Of a stretch of 64,000 nt of DNA, positions 19,805 through 29,536 are shown piece after piece. Position 1 is the first letter of the stretch. Each line of letters begins with the position of its first letter. The DNA lies in NCBI GenBank assembly GCA_016215625.1, contig JACRIW010000047.1:6281-70280 (forward strand), read 5' to 3'. This stretch comes from Candidatus Eiseniibacteriota bacterium (lineage in GTDB: Bacteria; Eisenbacteria; RBG-16-71-46). The translations under genes and the position numbers were made by a program. Under the pieces are notes generated by a model that had not been told where the DNA came from, did no database searches, and saw only the letters and a list, made by a program, of their open reading frames with translations.

Positions 19805-20962
19805 TTACGCGAGAGGCCCGGCGGCGTCATCCGGGGACGCCGGAGCGCCCTCGGCGGCCGGGTCAGCGCCCTCTGCCGCAACGGCTTCGCCTTCGGCGCC
19901 TTCGGCGGCCGCGGCGGGCGGGACCTGGGCGAGCGGGTCGAGGCTCTCGCCCACGCCCTCTTCGGCCTTGCCCTCGGACTTCGCGTGATAGACGTCGAAC
20001 GCGTGGATGATCTCGCGCACCAGGCGGTGCCGGACCACGTCTTCGGGATGGAAGTACACGAACTCGATCCCGGGCACGTGGCCGAGGATGGACTGGATGC
20101 GCACGAGCCCCGACTGGTCGGCCGACTTGAGGTCGATCTGCGTCAGGTCGCCCGTGATCACCGCGCGCGAGTCCGTACCCATGCGCGTGAGGAACATCTT
20201 CATCTGGCGCACGGTCGTGTTCTGCGCCTCGTCGAGGATGATGAACGCGTTGTGGAGCGTGCGCCCGCGCATGAACGCGAGCGGCGCGATCTCGATGACG
20301 CCCATCTCGAGGAATCGGCGCATCTTGTCGTAGCTCATCAGGTCGGCCAGCGCGTCGTACATCGGGCGCAGGTACGGATCGACCTTCTCCTGCATGTCGC
20401 CGGGCAGGAAGCCGAGCGACTCGCCGGCCTCGACGGCCGGACGCACGAGGATGATGCGGTCCACTTTCTTCTGGCGCAGCGCCGCGACGGCGGCGGCGAC
20501 GGCCAGGTAGGTCTTGCCGGTGCCGGCCGGTCCGATGCCGAACACGACGTCGTGCTGCTCGAGCGCCTTGAGGTAGATCGCCTGCGTGGGCGTGCGGGCG
20601 CGCACCGACTTGCGGTCGAAGCTGTAGCCCGGAGCGCCGTCGTACGCCTCGACGAGCCGCGCACGTCCCTGTCCGTTGCCGTGGTTCGAGTCGTCCGAAT
20701 CGCCGTTCCGCCGCACCTGTCCCAACGCAGTGGCCACGTCCGCCTCCTCGATGGCTTTCCCACGCTCGGCGAGCTGCACGAGTTCGTTCAGCGCCGAAGA
20801 CGCGGGTCTCACGTCACCTTCTTCACCGGACACCGTCAGCGTTCCGTCGCGCAGCGTGATCCGCACCGGGATGGCGCGTTCGATCTGGCGAAGGTTCGCG
20901 TCGTTGTGCCCCAACAACGAGAGCTGGTCGAGATGATGAATGGGGAACTTCTTGGCGATCAC
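19805..20962 (-). CDS. phoH: PhoH-like ATPase (PhoH/YbeZ) with acidic Ala/Glu/Gly-rich C-terminal tail
   Basis: GTG start (VIAKKFPIHHLDQL). Walker A GIGPAGTGKTYLAVA, ...ILDEAQN. Tail AAAEGAEGEAVAAEGADPAAEGAPASPDDAAGPLA. Confidence 0.85.
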   Translation of the reverse strand: MIAKKFPIHHLDQLSLLGHNDANLRQIERAIPVRITLRDGTLTVSGEEGDVRPASSALNELVQLAERGKAIEEADVATALGQVRRNGDSDDSNHGNGQGRARLVEAYDGAPGYSFDRKSVRARTPTQAIYLKALEQHDVVFGIGPAGTGKTYLAVAAAVAALRQKKVDRIILVRPAVEAGESLGFLPGDMQEKVDPYLRPMYDALADLMSYDKMRRFLEMGVIEIAPLAFMRGRTLHNAFIILDEAQNTTVRQMKMFLTRMGTDSRAVITGDLTQIDLKSADQSGLVRIQSILGHVPGIEFVYFHPEDVVRHRLVREIIHAFDVYHAKSEGKAEEGVGESLDPLAQVPPAAAAEGAEGEAVAAEGADPAAEGAPASPDDAAGPLA

Positions 20963-21290
20963 GCGGTGCCTCTCGGTGCCGGGAAAACGCAAAACTCCCG
21001 ACCGGTCCCGCCCCGCTTCGGGGCGCCGATCAAGAGCTCGGGTGCAGCCGTTCCTGTGACGTCGGGGTGCGATGTCAATCGGGATGGCCCTGGAACTCTC
21101 CTCAAGGGGACGCCCGCCTTTCCTGGAGCCGGCGTCTCGTCGCCGCACGCGAAGGGCGGTGCGACGGCGGGACCATATCAGAAGCGATTCGCGGCGCCCT
21201 CACCGAAATACGCCCGGCGTCGCGCGGAACCCCTGCCTGCCCGCACGGTATCGGCAAGGCGGAGGGCCGGGGTTGAGGCGGGAATGCGGC

Positions 21291-21315
21291 GGGGGTGGCG
21301 GATTCCGCCACCCCC
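21291..21315 (-). terminator. GC-rich 11-bp stem hairpin downstream of the multicopper oxidase gene
   Basis: gggggtggcgg-att-ccgccaccccc. No clear U-tract. Confidence 0.4.
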
Positions 21316-21373
21316 TGCCACCGGACGAACCGATGCCCCCCGGCTCCGGCGATCGTCCTTCCCGCCGCCGCGC

Positions 21374-23731
21374 TCAGCGCACGACGACGAACTTCCGCAC
21401 CGCCTCGGCCCCACCGGCGCGCACGCGGCAGAAGTACGCACCCGCGCTCACGTCCCGGCCGTCGCGATCGCGCAGGTCCCACTCGAGCGACCACGCGCCG
21501 GCGTTCACGCGCGTGCGTTCGATCGAGCTCACGAGCCGGCCGTTCACGTCGAGCACGTCGAGCGACACCTCGCCCTCGCGGGCGAGCGTGAAGCGGAACG
21601 ACGCGTGCTCCCGCACCGGGTTCGGCGACACGGGCGCGAACTCGAGCGCCGGCCGGGTGGCGGCCACGCGCGAGTCCGTCGCGACCGCGGGGCGCATCGG
21701 CATGGGCGCGCTGCACACCTGCAGCGGGCGCATCATGTCGTTGTCCTCGTGATCGATGATGTGGCAGTGCCAGACGTAGCCCGGCCCGCCCGGATAGCCG
21801 AACGTGTCGGTCTCGCCGAGCGCCGCGCCGGGGTCGAACGAGAACAGGTTCACGCCCGGCTGCACCGAAACGCCCATGCGCGCGGCACGAGCCTCGGCGT
21901 CCTGCGGCGCGACGCGCACGAGCACGCGCGTCACCTCGCCCGGGTTCATCCGGAACGTGTCCTTCCAGCCGCGTTCGTTCGGATCCGGTGCGATCGGGAC
22001 GCCCTGCAGGAACGGCGTCACGTCGGGATTGCCGCCGAGCTTGAAGCCCGTCGCCGCGTCGCGCTGTCCGTAGGGGAACGGGCCACCCATGCCCGGCATG
22101 GGCATGCCGTACACGCCGAGGTAGCGTGAGGGAGAGAACGTCTGGCGCTCGAGCAGCTGGAACTGGAGCAGGTGCAGGTGCATCGGGTGCGTGTCCGCGG
22201 TGAGGTTGATGATCTCCCACACCTCGGTGTCGCCGACCTGCAGCTCTTCCGTGGGCATCATGTGGTAGTTCGTGTTGTTCACGAGGACCTGGAGCGGACC
22301 GAGCGGCCCCATGTCCTCGTTCAGCGTGAGGGCGCGACGCACCGGCACGCGCGCCGGGCGCTCGATCGGCGTGAGCCGCACGCGCGAGACGCGTGAAGGA
22401 TCGAGGCTCGCGTCCACGGGCGCGTTCGGCACCTTCGCCGCCACGCGGAACTGCATGACCTGGCCCGTCGTCTTCGGATCGGCCACCGCGCCCTTCGGGT
22501 ACGGCGAGCGTCCACTGTTCACGAGCGTGAACGTCCGGCCCGCGTACGCGGCGAAGTCGATGACGAGGTCCACGCGCTCACCGGGAGCGATGAGCAGGCG
22601 CTGGGGCGCCTTCACGGCGGGATTGTTGAGGAACACGGGCGCGTCGAGCAGGCCGCCGTCGCTGCCGATCTGCCAGAAGCCCGGCCCCGGCTTGTCCGTC
22701 GCGCGATCGAGGAGCCGCAGTTCGTAGAAGCGCGCGTTCGAGCCGTTCACGATGCGGAAGCGATAGCGCCGAGGCTCGACGTCGAGGTACGCCCACGCCT
22801 TGCCATTCACCATGACGACGTTGCCGAGGAACTCGGGAATCCAGAACGGGTGCACCGCAGGGTTCGTTCCGTTGCTCGGGAAATACAACTGGCCGTTCGT
22901 GTCGAACATGCGGTCCTGGATCGCCAGCCCGATCTCGTACGGCTTGCCGAAGCGGTCGAGCGCGGCGTCGGCCGGTCCGCCGGGCAGGTTGGCCGGCTCG
23001 AGCGACGGATCACGCAGCAGGTAGAAGCCCGCGAGCCCGGCGAACACGTTGATGCGCGTCATGCCGAGCGCATGGTCGTGATAGAACATCGCCGTGCCTT
23101 CCTGGTCGTTCGGGTAGGCGAACGTGTCGGTCACGTACGAAGGCCCGCGCTGCGCGAGGCCGGGCGTCCACCACGCGTCCGGACCGCCGTCGTACGCGGA
23201 CGGCACTTCGCCACCATGCAGGTGCACGGCCGCGGGCACCGGCCCCGTGTAGGGCGTGGTCGCGCCTTGCGTGCCGAGCGGATTCGCCCAGTGGAGCGTC
23301 TGGTCCACCGTGAGCGTGCCCTGCAGGTACAACGGCGAACCGTCGGCGTTGGCGAGCGCGTTCTCGTAGCGCACCCACGTGGGCGTGCCGCGGCGGGCGA
23401 CGATCGTCGGGCCGGGCGTGGAGCCGTTGTAGCCCCACACGAACGCGCCGTTCGACCACGGAGCCGGCAGCGTCGTGTAGAAAGACGCGGGAAGCAGCTT
23501 CTGCTGGAACTCGCTCATGCGGATCTGCAGCGGTGCACCCGCGCTGGTCGCGGCACCGTCGAGCGCGGAGGGCAGCGGAAGCGGGTCCACGTACTTCGGA
23601 ATGAGGGTCGGATCGAGCGGAACGGCCGCCTGGGCGAGCGCCCGGGCAGGAAGTGCGGCGCACAGGAATGCGAGGGCGAGCCCGAAGCGCACGAAGCACC
23701 GGAGCCGCGCGGAGAAGAACGCAGGGAACAT
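21374..23731 (-). CDS. CotA/bilirubin-oxidase-like multicopper oxidase with T9SS-type C-terminal sorting domain
   Basis: Signal peptide MFPAFFSARLRCFVRFGLALAFLCAALPARALA. Copper-site motifs HLHGGEV, HDHALGMTRINVFAGL, HPMHLHL, HCHIIDHEDNDMM. CTD PNPVREHASFRFTL...LDVLDVNGRLV...GAYFCRV. Confidence 0.85.
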   Translation of the reverse strand: MFPAFFSARLRCFVRFGLALAFLCAALPARALAQAAVPLDPTLIPKYVDPLPLPSALDGAATSAGAPLQIRMSEFQQKLLPASFYTTLPAPWSNGAFVWGYNGSTPGPTIVARRGTPTWVRYENALANADGSPLYLQGTLTVDQTLHWANPLGTQGATTPYTGPVPAAVHLHGGEVPSAYDGGPDAWWTPGLAQRGPSYVTDTFAYPNDQEGTAMFYHDHALGMTRINVFAGLAGFYLLRDPSLEPANLPGGPADAALDRFGKPYEIGLAIQDRMFDTNGQLYFPSNGTNPAVHPFWIPEFLGNVVMVNGKAWAYLDVEPRRYRFRIVNGSNARFYELRLLDRATDKPGPGFWQIGSDGGLLDAPVFLNNPAVKAPQRLLIAPGERVDLVIDFAAYAGRTFTLVNSGRSPYPKGAVADPKTTGQVMQFRVAAKVPNAPVDASLDPSRVSRVRLTPIERPARVPVRRALTLNEDMGPLGPLQVLVNNTNYHMMPTEELQVGDTEVWEIINLTADTHPMHLHLLQFQLLERQTFSPSRYLGVYGMPMPGMGGPFPYGQRDAATGFKLGGNPDVTPFLQGVPIAPDPNERGWKDTFRMNPGEVTRVLVRVAPQDAEARAARMGVSVQPGVNLFSFDPGAALGETDTFGYPGGPGYVWHCHIIDHEDNDMMRPLQVCSAPMPMRPAVATDSRVAATRPALEFAPVSPNPVREHASFRFTLAREGEVSLDVLDVNGRLVSSIERTRVNAGAWSLEWDLRDRDGRDVSAGAYFCRVRAGGAEAVRKFVVVR

Positions 23732-24330
23732 GAGAGACCACTCCACGACACCGCCCGGATCGGACGGCGCGCACCAAAGTCGCGCGTCGCGGGGAGGATG
23801 GATGCGGACGCGACTGCCGGCGGGTGCCGGCACAGGGGGGTTGGTGCGCACGAACTCGGACGTCTCTCGCGCGCCGCGGTGCAGGTGGCGGCGGGCGCGC
23901 AGAGGAGTTCAGGAGAGAGACATCGAGGACCCCGTGGCGCCGGGGCGGAGACAGGTGGGAGCCCGGGCAACTCCTCGCCGGACGGTTCCTCGACTTCATG
24001 CGCGAATCACTTGCGCGTGCCGGACGGCATGGGGCGGTCCGGGGGGTCTCACCTCCCTCGCGGCCAGCGCCCGCTGCGGTCCTCGCACGGAATGCGGGCG
24101 CGTCACCGGCATGTCTTACAGGAAACATGCCGCGGCTTCGGGAGCACTTTCGGCAAGCATGCGCGCGTTGCACCGCAACGACTCCGCAGGGGTGCTCGTG
24201 GAGTAACGAGAGCGCACTCGCGCGGGCGCGCGGGGGCGGACTGACCATTTGGCGGGTCGCGACACGAATGTGTCAGGGCGTGCAGCTCGACCGCGCCCCA
24301 CCACCTCGAAGCGCCGCGCCCGCGTTGCCG

Positions 24331-26559
24331 CTATCTGATCACCACCGCGCGTACCGTGCTCGCTTCGGGACCGCGGACGAGCCGCACGGCGTACACGCCC
24401 GGCGCGAGCGCGAGCCCCTCGCCGGCGCGCACGCGATGCACGCCGGCGCCGAGCGCCGTGACGTCGCGCGACCACACGCGCCGGCCCGTGACGTCGAACA
24501 CCTCGAGCCGCGCCGGCACGCCCGTCGACAGCGTGCACTCGACCTCGGGACCACGCGCCGAGGGCTGCGCGCCCGCCAGGCGCAGGGCGTCGCCGCGCCC
24601 GGGGCCGCGCCCGGCGACGCCGAGCGCCCCGGCACCGAAGTCCACCGCCCAGAGCCCGGCTTTGCCCGGACTCTGCGGCATCGCGCGCAACCCGATCAGC
24701 ATGCGGTCGTCGATCGCGTCGTACATCGCCACGGCTTCGACCGAAGTCGCCTGCGGTGCGTGCAGCGCGTTCCACGCCAACGACGGCCCGCCGAGCGCCG
24801 CCTCGAACACGCCGAGCGAGGCGTCGAGCCCGAGCAGCCGGTGACGCGCGGTGTCGAGCGCGATGGACTGCAGCATCGGGACGTCGCCCACGCGGCCGAG
24901 CACGGTCCACGTGTCCGTACCCGCGCCGGGCGCGAGCACGGCGACGTCGCCGTTCGAGTCGTGCACGAGCGTCACGTGCGCGGCGGGGTCGTACACCGCG
25001 CAGCGCACGTCGCCCGAGGGCGGCGTGCCCGTGGTGGCGAGCGCCGACCACGTCCACGTGGCGGGATCGAGCAGCCACGCGTCGTGCAGTGGCATACCGC
25101 TCGCGTTCTCGCCGCCGAGCAGCAGGAACTTCTGGCGCTGCGCGTCCCAGACGAGCGAGCCGTGCGTGCGGGCGGGCGGCTTCGTGCCCGTGACGGGCGA
25201 CGTCACCGCACCGCTCGCGAGCGAGACCACCGTCGTGGTGTTCAGCCACACCGGCGGGCTGCCCGGCGACGCGCTCTGCGAGCGCCCGCCGAAGTACACG
25301 ACCCGGTCGTGCAGCGCGTCCACGGCGACCGCCGCGTCCATGGCGTCGTGCGCGGTCGCGAAGGCGCCCCACAGCGTGTCGGGATCGTCGAACGCGGCGA
25401 TCGCGCCGCTGGTGGCGTAGTCGCCGTACGCGCTCAGCGCGCGCAGCCCGCCGTGCAGCAGGACGTGGCCCCGGCGTGGATCGAACGCGAAGTCGGAACC
25501 CTGCGCCGAGTTCGGCGAGCCGGTCGCCTGCACCGCCCACGCGAGCGCGGTCGGGCCGCCGAAGGGCATCGCGAGCACTTCGTTCCACGTCTCGGCCGCG
25601 ATGATGCCGCGCGAGGGCGAGAACCCGCCGAACGACAGCAGCCGGTCCGCGTCCGGGTCGAGCACCACGGCGCCGGACGTGCGGAAGTCGGGACGGAACG
25701 TGACGAGGTTCCACGCGGGCGAGGCCGCGACGGGATCGAGGCCGTACACCTGCGACGAGGCGCCCTCGTACCACTGCCCGTCGGCCTCGCAGAAGAAGCC
25801 GTAGCGCCCCCCCACCGCGAGCACGCGATGGCGCGCGCCGTCCCACAGGAACTGCATGTCGTACGCACCGGGCACGGACAGCGCGGGCAGCGCGGACCAC
25901 GTGAGCGTGGCGAGCGGCAGCTTCCAGCTCGCGTACGACGGCACGTAGGCCTGGCAGGCGCCTTCCCAGCGCGTGCCGCCGGTGATCACGAGCACGCCGT
26001 GCTCGGGGTCGAGCACCATCGCCTGGTCCCCGGCGATGCCGAGCGACGGGTTCACCACGGCGAGCGCCGACCACGTCGGCGGATCCGAGAGCGTCAGCTG
26101 CGAGAGCACGCCGTCCTCACCGAGCGCGATCAGGCGGTCGCCCGCTTCGTCGTACACGGCCGCCCCCAGATCGAGCGGGGCCCCCTGCGTGGACGGGAAC
26201 TCCCACGTCATGTTCGTGCGGATGGCGAGCACGCCGAGCTGGGTGAAGCCGGGAACCACGAGGCGCGAGCGCGCGCGATCGAGGAAGACGTTGCGCCCCG
26301 ATCCGTACTGGCCGAGCCCGGCGCCGAACGAGCCGATGCCGTGCCACTTCCAGTGCGTGATCGCCGCGGGGTCGTAGCTCCACACCCCTTCGGAGGACGC
26401 TTCGAACACCCAGCACTGGTGCCGGTCCGCGTCCCAGAGCGCGTGACCGGTGATGGGCGGGGCGAGCGGACGGCGCACGCCGGCCGGACCGGCCGACGCG
26501 GAGAGCGGAAACGAGAGCGCGGCGAGAAGCACCGCGGCGAGCACGTGAGAGTGCGGCAT
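24331..26559 (-). CDS. Kelch/galactose-oxidase-like beta-propeller secreted protein with T9SS-type C-terminal sorting domain
   Basis: Signal peptide MPHSHVLAAVLLAALSFPLSASA. Repeated W...D/GG-containing blades. CTD ...ARLEVFDVTGRRVW...GVYAVRLV. Confidence 0.7.
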   Translation of the reverse strand: MPHSHVLAAVLLAALSFPLSASAGPAGVRRPLAPPITGHALWDADRHQCWVFEASSEGVWSYDPAAITHWKWHGIGSFGAGLGQYGSGRNVFLDRARSRLVVPGFTQLGVLAIRTNMTWEFPSTQGAPLDLGAAVYDEAGDRLIALGEDGVLSQLTLSDPPTWSALAVVNPSLGIAGDQAMVLDPEHGVLVITGGTRWEGACQAYVPSYASWKLPLATLTWSALPALSVPGAYDMQFLWDGARHRVLAVGGRYGFFCEADGQWYEGASSQVYGLDPVAASPAWNLVTFRPDFRTSGAVVLDPDADRLLSFGGFSPSRGIIAAETWNEVLAMPFGGPTALAWAVQATGSPNSAQGSDFAFDPRRGHVLLHGGLRALSAYGDYATSGAIAAFDDPDTLWGAFATAHDAMDAAVAVDALHDRVVYFGGRSQSASPGSPPVWLNTTTVVSLASGAVTSPVTGTKPPARTHGSLVWDAQRQKFLLLGGENASGMPLHDAWLLDPATWTWSALATTGTPPSGDVRCAVYDPAAHVTLVHDSNGDVAVLAPGAGTDTWTVLGRVGDVPMLQSIALDTARHRLLGLDASLGVFEAALGGPSLAWNALHAPQATSVEAVAMYDAIDDRMLIGLRAMPQSPGKAGLWAVDFGAGALGVAGRGPGRGDALRLAGAQPSARGPEVECTLSTGVPARLEVFDVTGRRVWSRDVTALGAGVHRVRAGEGLALAPGVYAVRLVRGPEASTVRAVVIR

Positions 26560-26646
26560 GGCGGGAAACTCCGGATGCGACGAACGAACCGAGGCCGTGC
26601 GGGGGAGTGTCGGCAATGGTAGCCCGGCCGCGAGCACCGCCGGAGC

Positions 26647-26683
26647 GAAAACACGCGCGCCCGGCGGGGCTTTTCGGCCGGGC
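26647..26683 (-). terminator. Putative intrinsic terminator downstream of the acyl-CoA carboxylase genes
   Basis: On the minus strand: 7-bp GC stem (gcccggc/gccgggc) followed by GCGTGTTTTC. Confidence 0.4.
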
Positions 26684-26755
26684 CGGGCGAAGTGCAACCA
26701 AACCGTGTGTGGAGTTGCCGAACCCGTCAGGTCGCCCGCGGGCCGGAGGCCGGGC

Positions 26756-27238
26756 TCACTCCTCGAGTTCCGCCAGGACCGCGCCGCTCTGCACCATGGC
26801 GCCGGGCTGGGCGGAGACGCTCTTCACGCGCCCATCGCGCGGGGCGCGGATCAGGTGCTCCATCTTCATGGCCTCGAGCGCCACGAGCGGCTGGCCCTTC
26901 GTGACCTCGTCCCCCGCCTTCGCGAGTACGCGCGTCACGACGCCGGGCATCGGGGCGGTCATGCCGTGCGACTGCGCGCCGGCGCGGCCGCGGCTCGCGG
27001 CGTCACGCTCGACCACGAAGTCCGCCGTGCCGAGCCGCACGAAGCGGCGTGCGCCGGCGGCGGTGATCTCGGCGAGCGTCTCGACGCCGTCGCTGCGCAG
27101 GCGCAGCCGGCCCTCTTCGAGCGCCTCGGCCTCGACGACGAACTCGGCGTCGTCCACACGCACGCGGAACTTGCCGCCACCCAGGGCGTCGAGCTGCACG
27201 GAGCGCGAACGCTCGCCGTCCTTCCACGCGCTCTTCAC
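26756..27238 (-). CDS. BT-domain plus biotin-carboxyl-carrier (BCCP) segment of methylcrotonyl/propionyl-CoA carboxylase alpha; separate gene or frameshifted 3' part
   Basis: GTG at 27238 overlaps the upstream TGA (GTGA). Biotinyl motif LVALEAMKMEH in the C-terminal lipoyl-like domain. Confidence 0.6.
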   Translation of the reverse strand: MKSAWKDGERSRSVQLDALGGGKFRVRVDDAEFVVEAEALEEGRLRLRSDGVETLAEITAAGARRFVRLGTADFVVERDAASRGRAGAQSHGMTAPMPGVVTRVLAKAGDEVTKGQPLVALEAMKMEHLIRAPRDGRVKSVSAQPGAMVQSGAVLAELEE

Positions 27239-28746
27239 GAGTCCAACCCCGCCTGACGCCAGCGCCCGAGTGTCTCGAACGGCGTCTTGGTCTTCGCCAC
27301 GTGCTTCTCCGCGCCGTCCGGCCGCGCGGCGGTGAGCCCCATCGCCTCGGCGATCGCGACCGCGGCGAGCGCGAGGTCGGGCGCGGGCGCCTGCATGAGC
27401 GCTTCGAAGCCCGGCAGGAACTCGCGCTCGATCCATTCGGTGTCGAACTCCGCGCGCGCGACCTGCGGGGCGCGCGTGAGCGCGCGCAGGAACGGCAGGT
27501 TGGTCACCACGCCGTGCACGCGCGCGGTGTCGAGCGCCCCCGTCAGCCGTGCGAGCGCCGCGTCGCGTGTGGACCCGAACGCGATCACCTTCGCGAGCAT
27601 CGGGTCGTAATGCACCGACACGTCGTCGCCCGCCTCGATGCCGCGGTCCACGCGCACGAACGAGCCGTGCGGCCAGCGCACGCGGCTCGCGGTGCCGGCC
27701 TGCGGCAGGAAGCCGCGCGAAGCGTCTTCCGCGTAGAGCCGCGCTTCGATCGCGTGACCGCGGTGACGCACGGCGTCCTGCTCGAACGGCAGCGTGCCCG
27801 TGGCCGCGACGTGCAGCTGCGCGCGCACGAGATCGATGCCCGTGATGAACTCGGTCACCGGGTGCTCGACCTGGAGCCGCGTGTTCATCTCGAGGAAGTA
27901 GAACTCGCCGGAGGGCGCGAGCAGCATCTCGATCGTGCCGGCGCCGCGGTAGTCCACCGCCTCGGCGAGCCGCACGGCCGCCGACGTGATCGCGGCGCGC
28001 AGCTCCGGCGTGATCGCCGCCGATGGCGCTTCCTCGACCACCTTCTGGTGGCGCCGCTGCAGCGAGCACTCGCGCTCGAACAGGTGCACCGCGCGGCCGT
28101 GACCGTCGCCGACCACCTGCACTTCGATGTGGCGCGCTCGCGTGACGAGCTTTTCGAGGTACACGCTCGCGTCGCCGAACGCCGAGCGCGCGAGCCGCAT
28201 GGCGGACTCGACCGCTTCGCGCAGCGCGGCTTCGTCGTGCACCGCCTTCATGCCCTTGCCGCCGCCGCCGAGCGCGGCCTTCACCATGACGGGATAGCCG
28301 ATCTTCGCGGCGGCCTTCGCGAGCGCGTCCACGTCGGCGCCCTCGGCGCCGGGCACGATCGGCACGCCCGCCTTCTGCGCGATGTTGCGCGCGGCGCGCT
28401 TGTCGCCCATGTCGCGGATCTGCCTGCCCGTCGGACCGATGAACGTGAGCCCCGCGGCTTCGACCGCGTCGGCGAACGTTGCATTCTCGGCGAGGACGCC
28501 GAAGCCCGGATGCACGGCCTCGGCGCCCGAGGCGCGGGCGGCGTCGAGAATCGCCTCGACGTTCAGGTACGACTCGCGCGCCTCGGCCGGGCCCACGCGC
28601 CACGCTTCGTCGCACAGACGGGTGTGCAGCGCGCCGCGATCGGCGTCGGAGAAGACCGCGACCGAGCGGATGCCCATCTCGTGGAGCGTGGCGGCGATGC
28701 GGCAGGCGATCTCACCGCGATTGGCGATCAGGACTTTGCGGAACAT
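27235..28746 (-). CDS. Biotin carboxylase domain of methylcrotonyl-CoA (acyl-CoA) carboxylase alpha subunit
   Basis: MFRKVLIANRGEIACRIAATLHEMGIRSVAVFSD...ATP-grasp...GGGGKGMK...EMNTRLQVEHPVTE, a full BC domain. Ends ~55 aa past the BC domain at a TGA. Confidence 0.85.
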   Translation of the reverse strand: MFRKVLIANRGEIACRIAATLHEMGIRSVAVFSDADRGALHTRLCDEAWRVGPAEARESYLNVEAILDAARASGAEAVHPGFGVLAENATFADAVEAAGLTFIGPTGRQIRDMGDKRAARNIAQKAGVPIVPGAEGADVDALAKAAAKIGYPVMVKAALGGGGKGMKAVHDEAALREAVESAMRLARSAFGDASVYLEKLVTRARHIEVQVVGDGHGRAVHLFERECSLQRRHQKVVEEAPSAAITPELRAAITSAAVRLAEAVDYRGAGTIEMLLAPSGEFYFLEMNTRLQVEHPVTEFITGIDLVRAQLHVAATGTLPFEQDAVRHRGHAIEARLYAEDASRGFLPQAGTASRVRWPHGSFVRVDRGIEAGDDVSVHYDPMLAKVIAFGSTRDAALARLTGALDTARVHGVVTNLPFLRALTRAPQVARAEFDTEWIEREFLPGFEALMQAPAPDLALAAVAIAEAMGLTAARPDGAEKHVAKTKTPFETLGRWRQAGLDS

Positions 28747-28759
28747 GGGAGCGCGCAGG

Positions 28760-29536
28760 TTACTCCATCCAGCGGGGCTTGCGCTTCTCGAAGAAGGCGG
28801 CGAGCGCGTCCTTCGCCTCCTCGCCGCCGCGCACCTCGGCGAGCGTCTTCGGGAGCGATGCGCGGTACTCGTCCCACGGCGTGTTCCCCCACTCCACCAG
28901 CAGCGCCTTGATCCGCTTCTGCGCGTGGGGGCCGCCCTTCAGCAGCTCGCCCGCGCGCTCGGCCACCTTGGCGTCCAGTTCGGCCGCCGGCACCACGTGG
29001 TGCACGAGCCCCACGCGCAGCGCGGTCGCGGCGTCGAAGCGTTCACCCGTGAGCATGAGTTCACGCGCCTGGCGGTCGCCGAGGCGGCGCAGCACGTAGG
29101 GCGAGATCAGCCCCGGCAGGATGCCGAGCCGCACTTCGGTGAGCCCGAACTTGGCGTCGTCGCTCGCGACCGTGATGTCGCACGCGCTCGCGAAGCCCAC
29201 GCCGCCGCCGTACACACCGCCGTGCACGCGACCGACGACCGGCTTCGGGAAGTCGGCCAGCGCCGCGAACACCGCGCCGAGCCGCGTGGCCTCGGCGACG
29301 TTGTCGTCGAACGAGGCCGACGCGCTCGCCTTCATGGCGCCGATGTCGGCGCCCGCGCAGAACGACGGCCCGCGCCCGCCGAGGATCACGCAGCGGCACG
29401 AGTCGTCGGCCGCGAGCGCGTCGAGCGCCTCGAGCAGCGCCGCGCCGAGTTCGGCGTTGAGCGCGTTGTGCACTTCGGGACGGTTGAACCAGACGCGGGC
29501 GAGTGCGCCTTCGCGTTCGACTTCGACGAGCGCCAT
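28760..29536 (-). CDS. Enoyl-CoA hydratase/isomerase family protein (methylglutaconyl-CoA hydratase LiuC-like)
   Basis: Crotonase motifs VILGGRGPSFCAGADI...GGGVGFASACDI. Adjacent to MCC alpha. Confidence 0.75.
   Translation of the reverse strand: MALVEVEREGALARVWFNRPEVHNALNAELGAALLEALDALAADDSCRCVILGGRGPSFCAGADIGAMKASASASFDDNVAEATRLGAVFAALADFPKPVVGRVHGGVYGGGVGFASACDITVASDDAKFGLTEVRLGILPGLISPYVLRRLGDRQARELMLTGERFDAATALRVGLVHHVVPAAELDAKVAERAGELLKGGPHAQKRIKALLVEWGNTPWDEYRASLPKTLAEVRGGEEAKDALAAFFEKRKPRWME

Noticed and set aside
17477-22129. 1550-aa plus-strand ORF (and similar giants 80..1687, 29121..32978, 52234..56208, 6874..8973, 55787..58348, 61322..63217)
   Set aside because: Arg/Ala/Gly/Pro-rich, lacking any domain signature, and lying antisense to well-supported minus-strand genes (phoH, HD hydrolase, CHAT, Calx-beta protein and others). 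These are typical stop-poor shadow frames of 70% GC DNA.
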